A stretch of DNA of 64,000 bases from Vulcanimicrobiota bacterium (lineage in GTDB: Bacteria > Vulcanimicrobiota > Vulcanimicrobiia > Vulcanimicrobiales > Vulcanimicrobiaceae): assembly GCA_963786105.1 (NCBI GenBank), contig CAWAXX010000014.1, positions 128,001-192,000 of the forward strand, read 5' to 3'. A model generated the notes under the pieces. That model was not told the DNA's origin. It saw nothing but the letters and a program-made list of their open reading frames with translations, and did not search any database. This document shows, in pieces, positions 12,397-20,753 of this stretch (within the stretch, counting starts at the first letter, position 1; the number at the start of each line of letters is the position of its first letter). Both the position numbers and the translations under genes were made by a program.

Positions 12397-12617
12397 CGTG
12401 CCGGCTTCGGCCTGGTTATGCAAGATCGTGACACCTCAACTACGCACATCAGGAAAATTCACGTGGAGGTTCTCTGCGCCGGAGTTCATCCCTTTAGCGC
12501 AGCGCCGGCGTCGGTTCGTCCGTTCGGGTCCGGCACGAACGGACGACGAAGAACAACGACGAGAGTAGGGATTGGTAAGCGTCGCGTGCTAGCTGACGCG
12601 GAAATGGCGGCGCTGCT

Positions 12618-13244
12618 ATGCAACGAGCGATTCTGATCGGCGCGCTCGCAGGGGTCGCGTTCTGCGCGGGCTCTACGGTTCGAGCGCGAGACTTGCCGGC
12701 GTGGATCTACGCAACGCCAGGCACTCGCGCGCTGTTGGGGACCGACGGCGAAGACGCACCCACGGCGATCGTCTGCAATTCTCCGGCGGCGTACAAGGCA
12801 CAGACCGAGGGTGCGTGTTTCCGTCGCAAAGAGGGTACGGTCGTGGTGATCGACGCCATTGCGCCGCAAGGCGCGAACTACAACCAGCTTCACACGCTTC
12901 TAAGAGTGCACGCGGAAAACGGATCCTGGCACGGTTATGCGGATATCGGCGCAGTCTATCCGATGATCCCCCCAAGCACCGTCCTCACGCTCAAGCCGGT
13001 CGACAGCCAGCGCGCGACCCTCGCGAATCAACGAGCGGTCAACCCCGACGGTGGAACCGATCTCGAAAAATCCGCGACCGTCAAAGTCGTCGCGTTCGAT
13101 CCGACCTACGAGGACCGCGATCTTCTCGTGACCGTTCTTTCGGGGACACATGCGGGAATGCGCGGTTGGACCTACGCGGTCCAAACCGTCGTCGGCGGCA
13201 GAGAAGCAAACGTCAGCCTCTGCCCAAAGGAAATGAAAGTTTGA
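12618..13244 (+). CDS. Hypothetical secreted protein
   Basis: Signal-peptide-like N-terminus (…VRA); two similar beta-rich halves ending in GxW/GWT segments; no family recognised. Confidence 0.6.
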   Translation: MQRAILIGALAGVAFCAGSTVRARDLPAWIYATPGTRALLGTDGEDAPTAIVCNSPAAYKAQTEGACFRRKEGTVVVIDAIAPQGANYNQLHTLLRVHAENGSWHGYADIGAVYPMIPPSTVLTLKPVDSQRATLANQRAVNPDGGTDLEKSATVKVVAFDPTYEDRDLLVTVLSGTHAGMRGWTYAVQTVVGGREANVSLCPKEMKV

Positions 13245-13364
13245 TTTTGCGCATCGAACCCGGGGCGGCGTGCCGGCCGCGTGCACGGCGGCGCCGGAGG
13301 AAAATGTCCGCCGCAGAGTCGCTCAAACGTCTAGTCCTCACAAACACCCTTGTAGGAGGCACAC

Positions 13365-13703
13365 ATGAGCGAATTTCTCTATCTCTACCGCGGCGGCCAG
13401 CGTGGCAGAACCCCGGAGCAGTCACAGCAGATCATGCAGAAGTGGCTTAACTGGATGAAGGACTTAACGGCGAGCGGCAACTTGAAAGATCCCGGCCAAC
13501 CGCTGGAAGGCGAAGGTAAGGTGGTCAACGGCAAAGGCACCGTCACCGACGGTCCTTTTGCCGAAGCCAAGGACCTCGTCGGCGGATTCACCCTGGTGGA
13601 AGCCGATACGCTCGCGCGCGCGGCCGAGCTTGCCCGCGGCTGCCCGATTCTCGAGGTCGGCGGTAGCGTCGAGGTGCGCCCGATCATGAAAATGGACATG
13701 TAA
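13365..13703 (+). CDS. YciI/DGPF-domain protein
   Basis: TDGPFAEAKDLVGGF and VEVRP; AGGAGG RBS. Confidence 0.92.
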   Translation: MSEFLYLYRGGQRGRTPEQSQQIMQKWLNWMKDLTASGNLKDPGQPLEGEGKVVNGKGTVTDGPFAEAKDLVGGFTLVEADTLARAAELARGCPILEVGGSVEVRPIMKMDM

Positions 13704-13704
13704 C

Positions 13705-14955
13705 GTGGAACCCAGCGACCATCTCTTCCGCCACGAAGCGGGACGCATGGTCGCCGCGCTCACGCGCGTGTTCGGACTGCACAACCTCGCGCTGGCAGAA
13801 GACGTCGTCCAAGACGCCTTCTGCCGCGCATTGGAGGTCTGGAAGCTTCGCGGGCTTCCGGATAATCCGTCGGCGTGGTTGATGAAAACCGCGAAGAATC
13901 GCGCCCTCGACGTGCTGCGCCGCGAACGTACCGCCCGCACCTTCGCGCCGGACCTCGGACGGTTGTTACAAACCGAGTGGACCGTCGCTAATGCGGTGGA
14001 AGAGATCTTCGATCCAATCGGCATCCCCGACGATCAGCTGCGCATGATGTTCTCGTGCTGCCATCCGCGGCTTCCGGAAACGGCGCAAGTGATGCTCGTC
14101 CTTCAACTCGTCGGCGGATTCGGCGTTCAGGAAATCGCTAATGCCTTCGTGAGCTCGCATGCAGCCGTCGAAAAGCGGTTGACGAGAGCGAAGAAGTCGC
14201 TGGCGGGGTCCGGAGGGCTTTTCGATATCGCCGGCGCCGCCGACTTTTCACGCCGGCTATCGGCCGTACAGCGTGCCCTCTATCTGGTTTTCAGCGAGGG
14301 GTATCACGGTGCGTCCGCACGCTCCGTCGTGCGCGCCGACCTGTGTCGCGAAGCCATCCGGCTGGCGCGCTTGCTCGCCGAACATCCGCTCGGCGACACG
14401 CCTTCCACTCGCGCCCTGTGCGCGCTAATGTTTCTCGACGCTGCCCGGCTGCCGGCACGGCTCGACGCATCCGGAGAACTGAGCTCGCTACTCGATCAGG
14501 ATCGTACGCGTTGGGACCGCAAAATGATCGAAACCGGCCGCGCTTGGCTCGAGCGTTCGGCATTTGGCTCGGAACTAAGCCGGTATCATGTTGAAGCGGG
14601 AATTGCGTCCGTGCATGCGGCTGCAGCGCGTTTCGACGACACCGATTGGAGCGCGATCGTGTCGCTGTACGACACGCTGATGACGATTGCGCCGTCGCCG
14701 GTCGTCGCCCTCAACCGGGCGATCGCGGTCGCGCAGTTGCGTGGGCCGCAGCGCGGACTGGAGGCGATCGACGCCATCGGAGATCGCGATCGGCTCGTGC
14801 GCTATCCGTTCTACCACGCAGCGCGCGGCGAACTCGAGTGGCGTCGCGGAAGAGGGGCCGTCGCGCGCGAGCATTTTCAAGCGGCCCGTACGCTCGCGCG
14901 CAACCCTAGCGAGCGGCGTTTTCTGGAAAAGCGCATCGCTGCGTGCGCGGGGTAA
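13705..14955 (+). CDS. ECF sigma factor with TPR-like C-terminal extension (ECF42 type)
   Basis: AEDVVQDAF, DDQLRMMFSCCHP, YLVFSEGY, QDRTRW, SPVVALNRA; adjacent DGPF gene is typical of ECF42. Confidence 0.9.
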   Translation: MEPSDHLFRHEAGRMVAALTRVFGLHNLALAEDVVQDAFCRALEVWKLRGLPDNPSAWLMKTAKNRALDVLRRERTARTFAPDLGRLLQTEWTVANAVEEIFDPIGIPDDQLRMMFSCCHPRLPETAQVMLVLQLVGGFGVQEIANAFVSSHAAVEKRLTRAKKSLAGSGGLFDIAGAADFSRRLSAVQRALYLVFSEGYHGASARSVVRADLCREAIRLARLLAEHPLGDTPSTRALCALMFLDAARLPARLDASGELSSLLDQDRTRWDRKMIETGRAWLERSAFGSELSRYHVEAGIASVHAAAARFDDTDWSAIVSLYDTLMTIAPSPVVALNRAIAVAQLRGPQRGLEAIDAIGDRDRLVRYPFYHAARGELEWRRGRGAVAREHFQAARTLARNPSERRFLEKRIAACAG

Positions 14956-14956
14956 C

Positions 14957-17200
14957 TCAGCGATGGTTGTGCGCGATAATGTCCTCGAGTACGCCGCCGG
15001 CGACGGCATCGGGACGGCTGAAGTCCAGCCGCGCGCTCGCGTTTGCTCCATAAGCGACCTTACTATTGCGGAGCGTAACGTCAATCATCGGCGGGATTGC
15101 CGCATACGGGCGCAGGTCGGCCGTCAAACCGAAAGCTCCGTAGAGCGGCACGGCCATCGCATCGTAGGTTGACAACGGCTGCATGCCGAGCAGGATCTCG
15201 ATCGTGCGCAGGATACCGACCGTGGCGTAGTGCTCGTGCCGCACGCCGCCGCGTGCGTAGGGTGAAATCACGAACATCGTCGTGCGCTGATCGCTGACAT
15301 GGTCGGGACCATCCTGGGCGTCGTCTTCGATGACGAACATCGCCGACGATTTCCAAATCGTCGAGTGTGAGAGCGTGTCGACCATCTGGCCAAGTGCATA
15401 GTCGTTTTGCGCCACGTACGAGGCGGGAGTCAATTTGCCGGCTTTGCTGCCGTACGTGTGATCGTTGGGCAGCCAAATGAACTCCAGCTGCGGAAGGTTT
15501 CCCGCGGCTACGCGTTCGGCAAAGTCGCGACGCCACTCCTTAACGCGGTCCAAGTCGCTGTAGTCGAGATCCCATCCCGCATACAAGGCGTCGATGCGGT
15601 CATTCAAACTGGGGACGTCGGCAATCCAATGTCCCGGCCGGAACGCCTCGGGATCAACCAACTCGCCATAGTCGCGAAACGATACGTTTGCCCGGCTCGC
15701 GGAATCCCACAGGTACCCATTTGCGGGTACGCGCGGACCGCTGCCGACCGAGAGATCGTCGACCTCCCGCCTGCTGCCGTAGGATGGCGGCCAGAAGCGC
15801 TCCACGTAATCGTTGGCGAAGGCGGCGTCTGCCCACATGTGCCCTGGGGCGCTGACCTCGCCGCTCGTATACGCGTTGTCGAACAGGCCGAAGCGCGCCG
15901 CAATGGCGTGTTCGTTCGGCGTGACGCTGCGGCCGAACCATGCAAGGGATGCGTCGCCGTTGCCGGCGCTCACGTCGCCGAGAACCTGGTCGTACGAACG
16001 GTTTTCTTTTAGGACGAGGAATACGTGCTCGATTGGGCCGCCCGGTCGAACCATCGAGTTTGGGGGTGGCGCGTTCTCCCAACCTTTCGAGCCCTGACGA
16101 CTGGTTGCGTTAGCCGAGCCTTCGCGCGGGAGATCGTATGCGCGCAGCGAGCCGAACTCGATCGCGCCGATGTAATCGCGATCGTCCTTGCTGCGCATCT
16201 GGTAATTTGGATTGGGACGCGCGCCCTCGCCCTTCCCGTCGAGGACGTAGAGCGTGTTTCCGATCGGCAGCGCGTCGGTGGGATACCAGCCGGCCTGCAC
16301 GCGTCCGGCGAGCCGATCGTTTCGAAGGATCGCCACGGAGTTCGCCGCGCCGAGGCTGACGAACTCGGTGTTCCCCGCCACGATCACGGCATTCGGCGAT
16401 ACGCCAATCTCGCGGGGCCGTGCCGGATCGTCGCCGACGAAAATGTTCGCGGCGCGATGAAGGTCGCGCGCGTCGTAAATTCCGACGCTGTCGGCGTCGC
16501 TTTGTGCGACGTAGACTTTTGTCTCGCCGACCGCCACGCCGCTAGGATGCAAGGCGGTGGTCTGCCGCTGTATCGTTCCGGCCGCGACGTCGATTTTCAG
16601 CAGCTCGCTGGTAGCTCGCGAGGTCGCGAACACGCTCTTGCCGTCGACGGCGAAGGCGAGCCCGCCGGGATGCGCTCCGATCGGGATTCCCGGAGCGTTG
16701 CCGAGGGTCGCCAGCGTGCCGACGCGCACCGCGCCGTCGCCGTCGGTGGCGACGGCCAGGGTATCGCCGTGGGCCGCAACGAGCACCGGATACGAAGCCT
16801 TTGGAAGCGCGATGCGCACGAGCTGTTGCGACCGCACGTCGACGTCGAGCAACGCGTCCGAATTCGCGCCGGGTACCAGCACGTGATCCGCGTCGACCCA
16901 CAGCGGGCGGCCGAACGCGCCGGGCAACGGGATCGACGCGACCTTCGTGAGATCCGGCACGCGATAGAGTCCGAGGGTCGGGGGAAGATACCCCGACTCG
17001 ACGACGGCGATCGTTGCTCCGTCGGGCGACGCCGCCATGCCCTGTGGCATCGTCCCGGTTTCCACGCGAGCACCCGGCGGCGGGCTCAGTATCCAGCCGT
17101 TGGGCAACGTGACGGGCGACGGTCCGGCGGCGGCCGAGATTGCGAGACCGCTACCCGTCAGTGCGAGGACAAAGGAAATGCGAACGAGGAAGCTGCGCAC
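14957..17200 (-). CDS. Secreted YncE-like beta-propeller / phosphoesterase fusion
   Basis: Signal peptide; propeller repeats; IEHVFLVLKENRSYDQVLGD, LPNDHT, EDDAQDGPDHV. Confidence 0.85.
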   Translation of the reverse strand: MRSFLVRISFVLALTGSGLAISAAAGPSPVTLPNGWILSPPPGARVETGTMPQGMAASPDGATIAVVESGYLPPTLGLYRVPDLTKVASIPLPGAFGRPLWVDADHVLVPGANSDALLDVDVRSQQLVRIALPKASYPVLVAAHGDTLAVATDGDGAVRVGTLATLGNAPGIPIGAHPGGLAFAVDGKSVFATSRATSELLKIDVAAGTIQRQTTALHPSGVAVGETKVYVAQSDADSVGIYDARDLHRAANIFVGDDPARPREIGVSPNAVIVAGNTEFVSLGAANSVAILRNDRLAGRVQAGWYPTDALPIGNTLYVLDGKGEGARPNPNYQMRSKDDRDYIGAIEFGSLRAYDLPREGSANATSRQGSKGWENAPPPNSMVRPGGPIEHVFLVLKENRSYDQVLGDVSAGNGDASLAWFGRSVTPNEHAIAARFGLFDNAYTSGEVSAPGHMWADAAFANDYVERFWPPSYGSRREVDDLSVGSGPRVPANGYLWDSASRANVSFRDYGELVDPEAFRPGHWIADVPSLNDRIDALYAGWDLDYSDLDRVKEWRRDFAERVAAGNLPQLEFIWLPNDHTYGSKAGKLTPASYVAQNDYALGQMVDTLSHSTIWKSSAMFVIEDDAQDGPDHVSDQRTTMFVISPYARGGVRHEHYATVGILRTIEILLGMQPLSTYDAMAVPLYGAFGLTADLRPYAAIPPMIDVTLRNSKVAYGANASARLDFSRPDAVAGGVLEDIIAHNHR

Positions 17201-17331
17201 GCCCGTGTGATTTTTACGTAGCCGACGGATTGCCTGGCACGAATGGACAGCCGGCTGGAAAAGGACGCAAGCCTGCCATCAATGCGACCGCAGTCGATTG
17301 CATCCATCCGCGGACGATGAACCCTGTGCGC

Positions 17332-17748
17332 TCAAGTGGTAAAGAACGGAACGGGCTTTCCGGTCTCGGCGAACTCCTTGAGGCGATCGAGAACGTGCGC
17401 CCATGCGTAGCCGCAATTGGCGAAGTAATCGGTTGCGCCTTTCCAATCGGCATGGGTCATCCGAAGGGTACTTTCTCCGTCGTTCTCGCCGGGAGCGATC
17501 GCGAAGACCAGTCGAGTTCCCGTCCATTCCGGCTGGTCTCCAACACATTTCCATTCGATTCGTCTGGCCGGCTCGAGCCGTTCGGGTTTCATGCGAAAAA
17601 CCACCGAACGCCCTTCGAACGAGAAGCGGGTTTCAGATCGATCGATCTCGGTATCGGTCGTCCACCAGTTCGAGCCGTGGTCGAGGATCGCGCGATACAA
17701 TACTTCGGGCGTACAAGCGATGGAGAGTCGCTGCGTAATGTCGGCCAC
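17332..17748 (-). CDS. SRPBCC (AHSA1-like) domain protein
   Basis: AAGGAG RBS plus GTG; WW, 'W.GT.L.F', 'H..W', 'W...L..LK.F.ETG'. Confidence 0.85.
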   Translation of the reverse strand: MADITQRLSIACTPEVLYRAILDHGSNWWTTDTEIDRSETRFSFEGRSVVFRMKPERLEPARRIEWKCVGDQPEWTGTRLVFAIAPGENDGESTLRMTHADWKGATDYFANCGYAWAHVLDRLKEFAETGKPVPFFTT

Positions 17749-17778
17749 GATAAGCTCCTTGCGGTTGGTAGCGGCGTA

Positions 17779-17808
17779 TTGACATGTTACCAAAAGGTCA
17801 CATATAAT
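17779..17808 (+). promoter_or_regulatory. Consensus sigma70 promoter with a palindromic operator in the spacer
   Basis: TTGACA 17779-17784, 18 nt, TATAAT 17803-17808; ATGTTACC-AAAA-GGTCACAT dyad 17784-17803. Confidence 0.8.
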
Positions 17809-17846
17809 GCAAGCCATGAACGCGATCGGCTGCGTGTGCGACGAAC

Positions 17847-18155
17847 TTGGATGACGTTTTCAAAGCCCTCGCCGATACCAGCCGTAGGCACTTACTCGAC
17901 TGTCTTTACCAGCGCGACGGACGGACGCTTGGCGAGCTGGTCGCCGAGCTCGACATGACGCGTTTCGGCGTGATGAAACATCTGCGCGTGCTCGAACGCG
18001 CGAATCTCGTCGTTACCCGGCGCAAAGGACGCGAAAAACTGCACTACCTCAACCCGATGCCGATCCAAACGGTGTACGACCGGTGGGTCGGGAAATACCG
18101 CCGCGGCTGGACGCGGCGTCTCGCCCATATCAAAACTATGCTGGAGGAATCATGA
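17847..18155 (+). CDS. ArsR/SmtB-family transcriptional regulator
   Basis: DDVFKALAD.SRR.LL, MTRFGVMKHLRVLE.A.LV, GREKLHYLNP.PI. Confidence 0.9.
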   Translation: MDDVFKALADTSRRHLLDCLYQRDGRTLGELVAELDMTRFGVMKHLRVLERANLVVTRRKGREKLHYLNPMPIQTVYDRWVGKYRRGWTRRLAHIKTMLEES

Positions 18156-18622
18156 GCGATAACGTGACGCACGTCTACGAAGTCTACATTCGTACGACTC
18201 CGGAGAGACTCTGGGAGGCGATAACCAAAAGCGACTTTACGAAGGAGTACTTCTTCGGAGCCACCGTCGATTCCGATTGGCGTCCGGGCGCCACCATGAA
18301 ATACGAGCTGGCCGACGGCCGGCAACCATTCTTCGCGACGATCGAGGCGATCGAACCGCCGCACCGCCTGGTGCATTCGTTTCGATCCAATCCCGAAATG
18401 GACGGCTCTGCGGATCCGCCGTCGCGCGTCACCTACGAGATCGAACGCTTGGGCTCGACGTGTTTGCTGCGGTTGACGCACGAACATTTCGCCGGCGAAT
18501 CGGTCGTCACTAAAGGTACGAGCGAAGGCTGGCAGATCATCTTCAGTGGTCTCAAGACCCTCTTGGAAACCGGCGATCCCTTGAAGATCGAGTGGCCGGA
18601 AGAAACCGTCGCGACGGGGTAA
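18152..18622 (+). CDS. SRPBCC domain protein
   Basis: YIRTTPERLWEAIT, SDWRPG, SRVTYEIE, GW..I.SGLKTLLETG; ATGA overlap. Confidence 0.88.
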   Translation: MSDNVTHVYEVYIRTTPERLWEAITKSDFTKEYFFGATVDSDWRPGATMKYELADGRQPFFATIEAIEPPHRLVHSFRSNPEMDGSADPPSRVTYEIERLGSTCLLRLTHEHFAGESVVTKGTSEGWQIIFSGLKTLLETGDPLKIEWPEETVATG

Positions 18623-18632
18623 GTCTAGGAAT

Positions 18633-19091
18633 GTGCTGATTCGCTCGGTCGACGCGCGGGACGCCGAGGCGTGGTCCGCAATGCGCGGCCGCCTGTGGCC
18701 CATCGCCGACGCATCCGAACTCGCGCGCGAGGCGCGGGCCTTCGTCGCCGGCGCCGCTGCGCCTTTGCTCGAAGCGGTCTTCGTCGCCGCAGACGAGTTG
18801 GGAGGTCTGGTTGGGTTCTTAGAACTATCGGTGCGTCCGTTTGCGGACGGTTGCGACTCCCAACCGGTGCCGCACGTCGAAGGATGGTTCGTGGAGGCTT
18901 CCGCGCGCCGGCTGGGAATCGGACGCGAGCTGATGCGGGCTGCCGAAAATTGGGCGCGGACGCGCGGATTTTGCGAACTCGCGTCGGATACCGAAGTGCA
19001 CAACGAGGGTTCTCAGCGCGCCCACGAATGTTGCGGATTTCGGGAGGCAGAGCGCCTGATCAAGTTCCGAAAGGCCCTCGACGCGAGATGA
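18633..19091 (+). CDS. GNAT acetyltransferase, aminoglycoside 6'-N-acetyltransferase-like
   Basis: ELSVR.FADGC, EGWFV...RR.GIGR.L, ELASD...N..S..AH...GF.E.ER...FRK. Confidence 0.8.
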   Translation: MLIRSVDARDAEAWSAMRGRLWPIADASELAREARAFVAGAAAPLLEAVFVAADELGGLVGFLELSVRPFADGCDSQPVPHVEGWFVEASARRLGIGRELMRAAENWARTRGFCELASDTEVHNEGSQRAHECCGFREAERLIKFRKALDAR

Positions 19092-19933
19092 CGCCGCAGA
19101 ACGATACCGCACGCGAGCAAAAGTATCGAGCGTTCCGTGCGCTACACGCACGGCCGGGGTGCTTCGTCATGCCGAACCCGTGGAACGCCGGTACCGCACG
19201 AGTTCTTACGGCGGTGGGCTTCGAAGCCTTGGCGACGACCAGTGCGGGCTACGCGTTTTCGGCCGGACGGCGGGACTCGGCGGCGAGCCTCACGCGCGAC
19301 GAGATTTTAGAAAATGCGAGGACGATCGTCGAGGCGACCGATTTGCCGGTGTCGGCCGATTTGGAAGACGGCTTTGGCTCGTCGCCCGAAGCCTGCGCGA
19401 CGACGATACGCCATGCCGCCGCAATCGGTTTGGTAGGCGGTTCGATCGAAGACGCGACCGGCGATCCGCGCGACCCGATCTACGACGTCGCGCTTGCGAC
19501 GCAGCGAGTTGCCGCCGCGGCCGAGGCGGCCCGCGATGCGCGCTTCATCCTAACCGCGCGAGCCGAAAACTTTTTGCACGGGCGCCCCGATCTCGACGAT
19601 ACGATCCGGCGGCTGAAATCCTTCGAGCGCGCCGGCGCCGACGTGCTCTACGCGCCCGGGCTGCCGAATCTCGAGGCCATTGCGCGCGTTTGCGCTGCGG
19701 TCTCGAAGCCGGTCAACGTCGTTATGGGATTACGGGGAGCAACCTTTTCGGTCGACGAGTTGGCGGCCGCCGGCGTGAAGCGAATCAGCGTGGGCGGCGC
19801 TTTCGCGCGCGCCGCGCTAGGGGCGCTTATGCGAGCCGCTCGTGAAGTCAAGGAGCGTGGAACGTTTACGTTCGCGGCCGACGCGATTTCTCACGTGGAG
19901 ATCACCGGTTATATGTCCGATCGGCAACGTTAG
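19088..19933 (+). CDS. Isocitrate lyase/PEP mutase family protein
   Basis: PNPW, ATTSAG, PVSADLEDGFG, SIED, AGADVLYAPG, KRISVG. Confidence 0.88.
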   Translation: MTPQNDTAREQKYRAFRALHARPGCFVMPNPWNAGTARVLTAVGFEALATTSAGYAFSAGRRDSAASLTRDEILENARTIVEATDLPVSADLEDGFGSSPEACATTIRHAAAIGLVGGSIEDATGDPRDPIYDVALATQRVAAAAEAARDARFILTARAENFLHGRPDLDDTIRRLKSFERAGADVLYAPGLPNLEAIARVCAAVSKPVNVVMGLRGATFSVDELAAAGVKRISVGGAFARAALGALMRAAREVKERGTFTFAADAISHVEITGYMSDRQR

Positions 19934-20738
19934 CCGCTTCCACGTCGTCACGCTCGCGGTACTTACCCGGTGCGAGCGAAAAGCGCCGCTTGAAATGCCT
20001 GGTAAAGTGGCTCTGGTCGACGAACCCGCACCGCTGCGCGATCTCTGCCAACCCGATGCTGCGATTTGCCAAAAGCGCTCGCGCGCGACAGAGCCGCCGT
20101 TCCCGAACGTACTCGCCGATAGACTTTCGGTACGCCCTTTTGAATGCCGTCGCAACGTACGTTGCCTCGCGACCCGCGTCGCGTGCAAGCGTCCGCAAAG
20201 ACGGCGGTGTAGCCCATTCGTCTTCGAGCCGATCTCGCACGCGCGCGAGCCATCGAGTTCGTGCCTCGCCGGAAGCCGCCCGGCGAAAGAGCAGCGCTGC
20301 GATTTCCGCACTGATGGCGTCGAGCGCCAGTGCCGAAACCGGGTCGGCACGATTCATCTCCACAAAGAGATCGCGGCTCAGATCTCGCAGATCCTCGTGG
20401 CGTACGATAAAGGGCGCCGTTCCGAGATCCGACCAGCCGGCATCGGAACGCGTTGGTGAGACGCTCAAGCAAACGACGCGTGCGGCATAGAAATCGCGGT
20501 GTTCTTCGAATCGAGGCCTAAAGAGCGCGTCTCCGGCTCCGGACGAAAGGCGCAGATCGTCGTATCGCGTTTCAAACTCGCCGCCGAAGGTCAGCACGAT
20601 ACGCGCTTCGTCGTGCCTATGCCGGCCCAGCGCGCACTCGGGCGCGCACGCGCTGCGGGCAAGTCGAACCGCCTCGGTCGAGCGAACCAGCCGTCCCCGC
20701 ACGGGACAACCGCAGTCCGTCGCGGTTTCCCCATTCAT
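19902..20738 (-). CDS. AraC-family transcriptional regulator
   Basis: N-terminal cupin HRH; C-terminal IAQRCGFVDQSHFTRHFKRRFSLAP. Confidence 0.9.
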   Translation of the reverse strand: MNGETATDCGCPVRGRLVRSTEAVRLARSACAPECALGRHRHDEARIVLTFGGEFETRYDDLRLSSGAGDALFRPRFEEHRDFYAARVVCLSVSPTRSDAGWSDLGTAPFIVRHEDLRDLSRDLFVEMNRADPVSALALDAISAEIAALLFRRAASGEARTRWLARVRDRLEDEWATPPSLRTLARDAGREATYVATAFKRAYRKSIGEYVRERRLCRARALLANRSIGLAEIAQRCGFVDQSHFTRHFKRRFSLAPGKYRERDDVEAANVADRTYNR

Positions 20739-20753
20739 GAGAACCAGTATACT

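Noticed and set aside
17235..17300. GGACGCAAGCC resembling a c-di-GMP-I riboswitch core
   Set aside because: It lacks the GGCAAAC…GAAA P2 arm and is not upstream of a same-strand gene.
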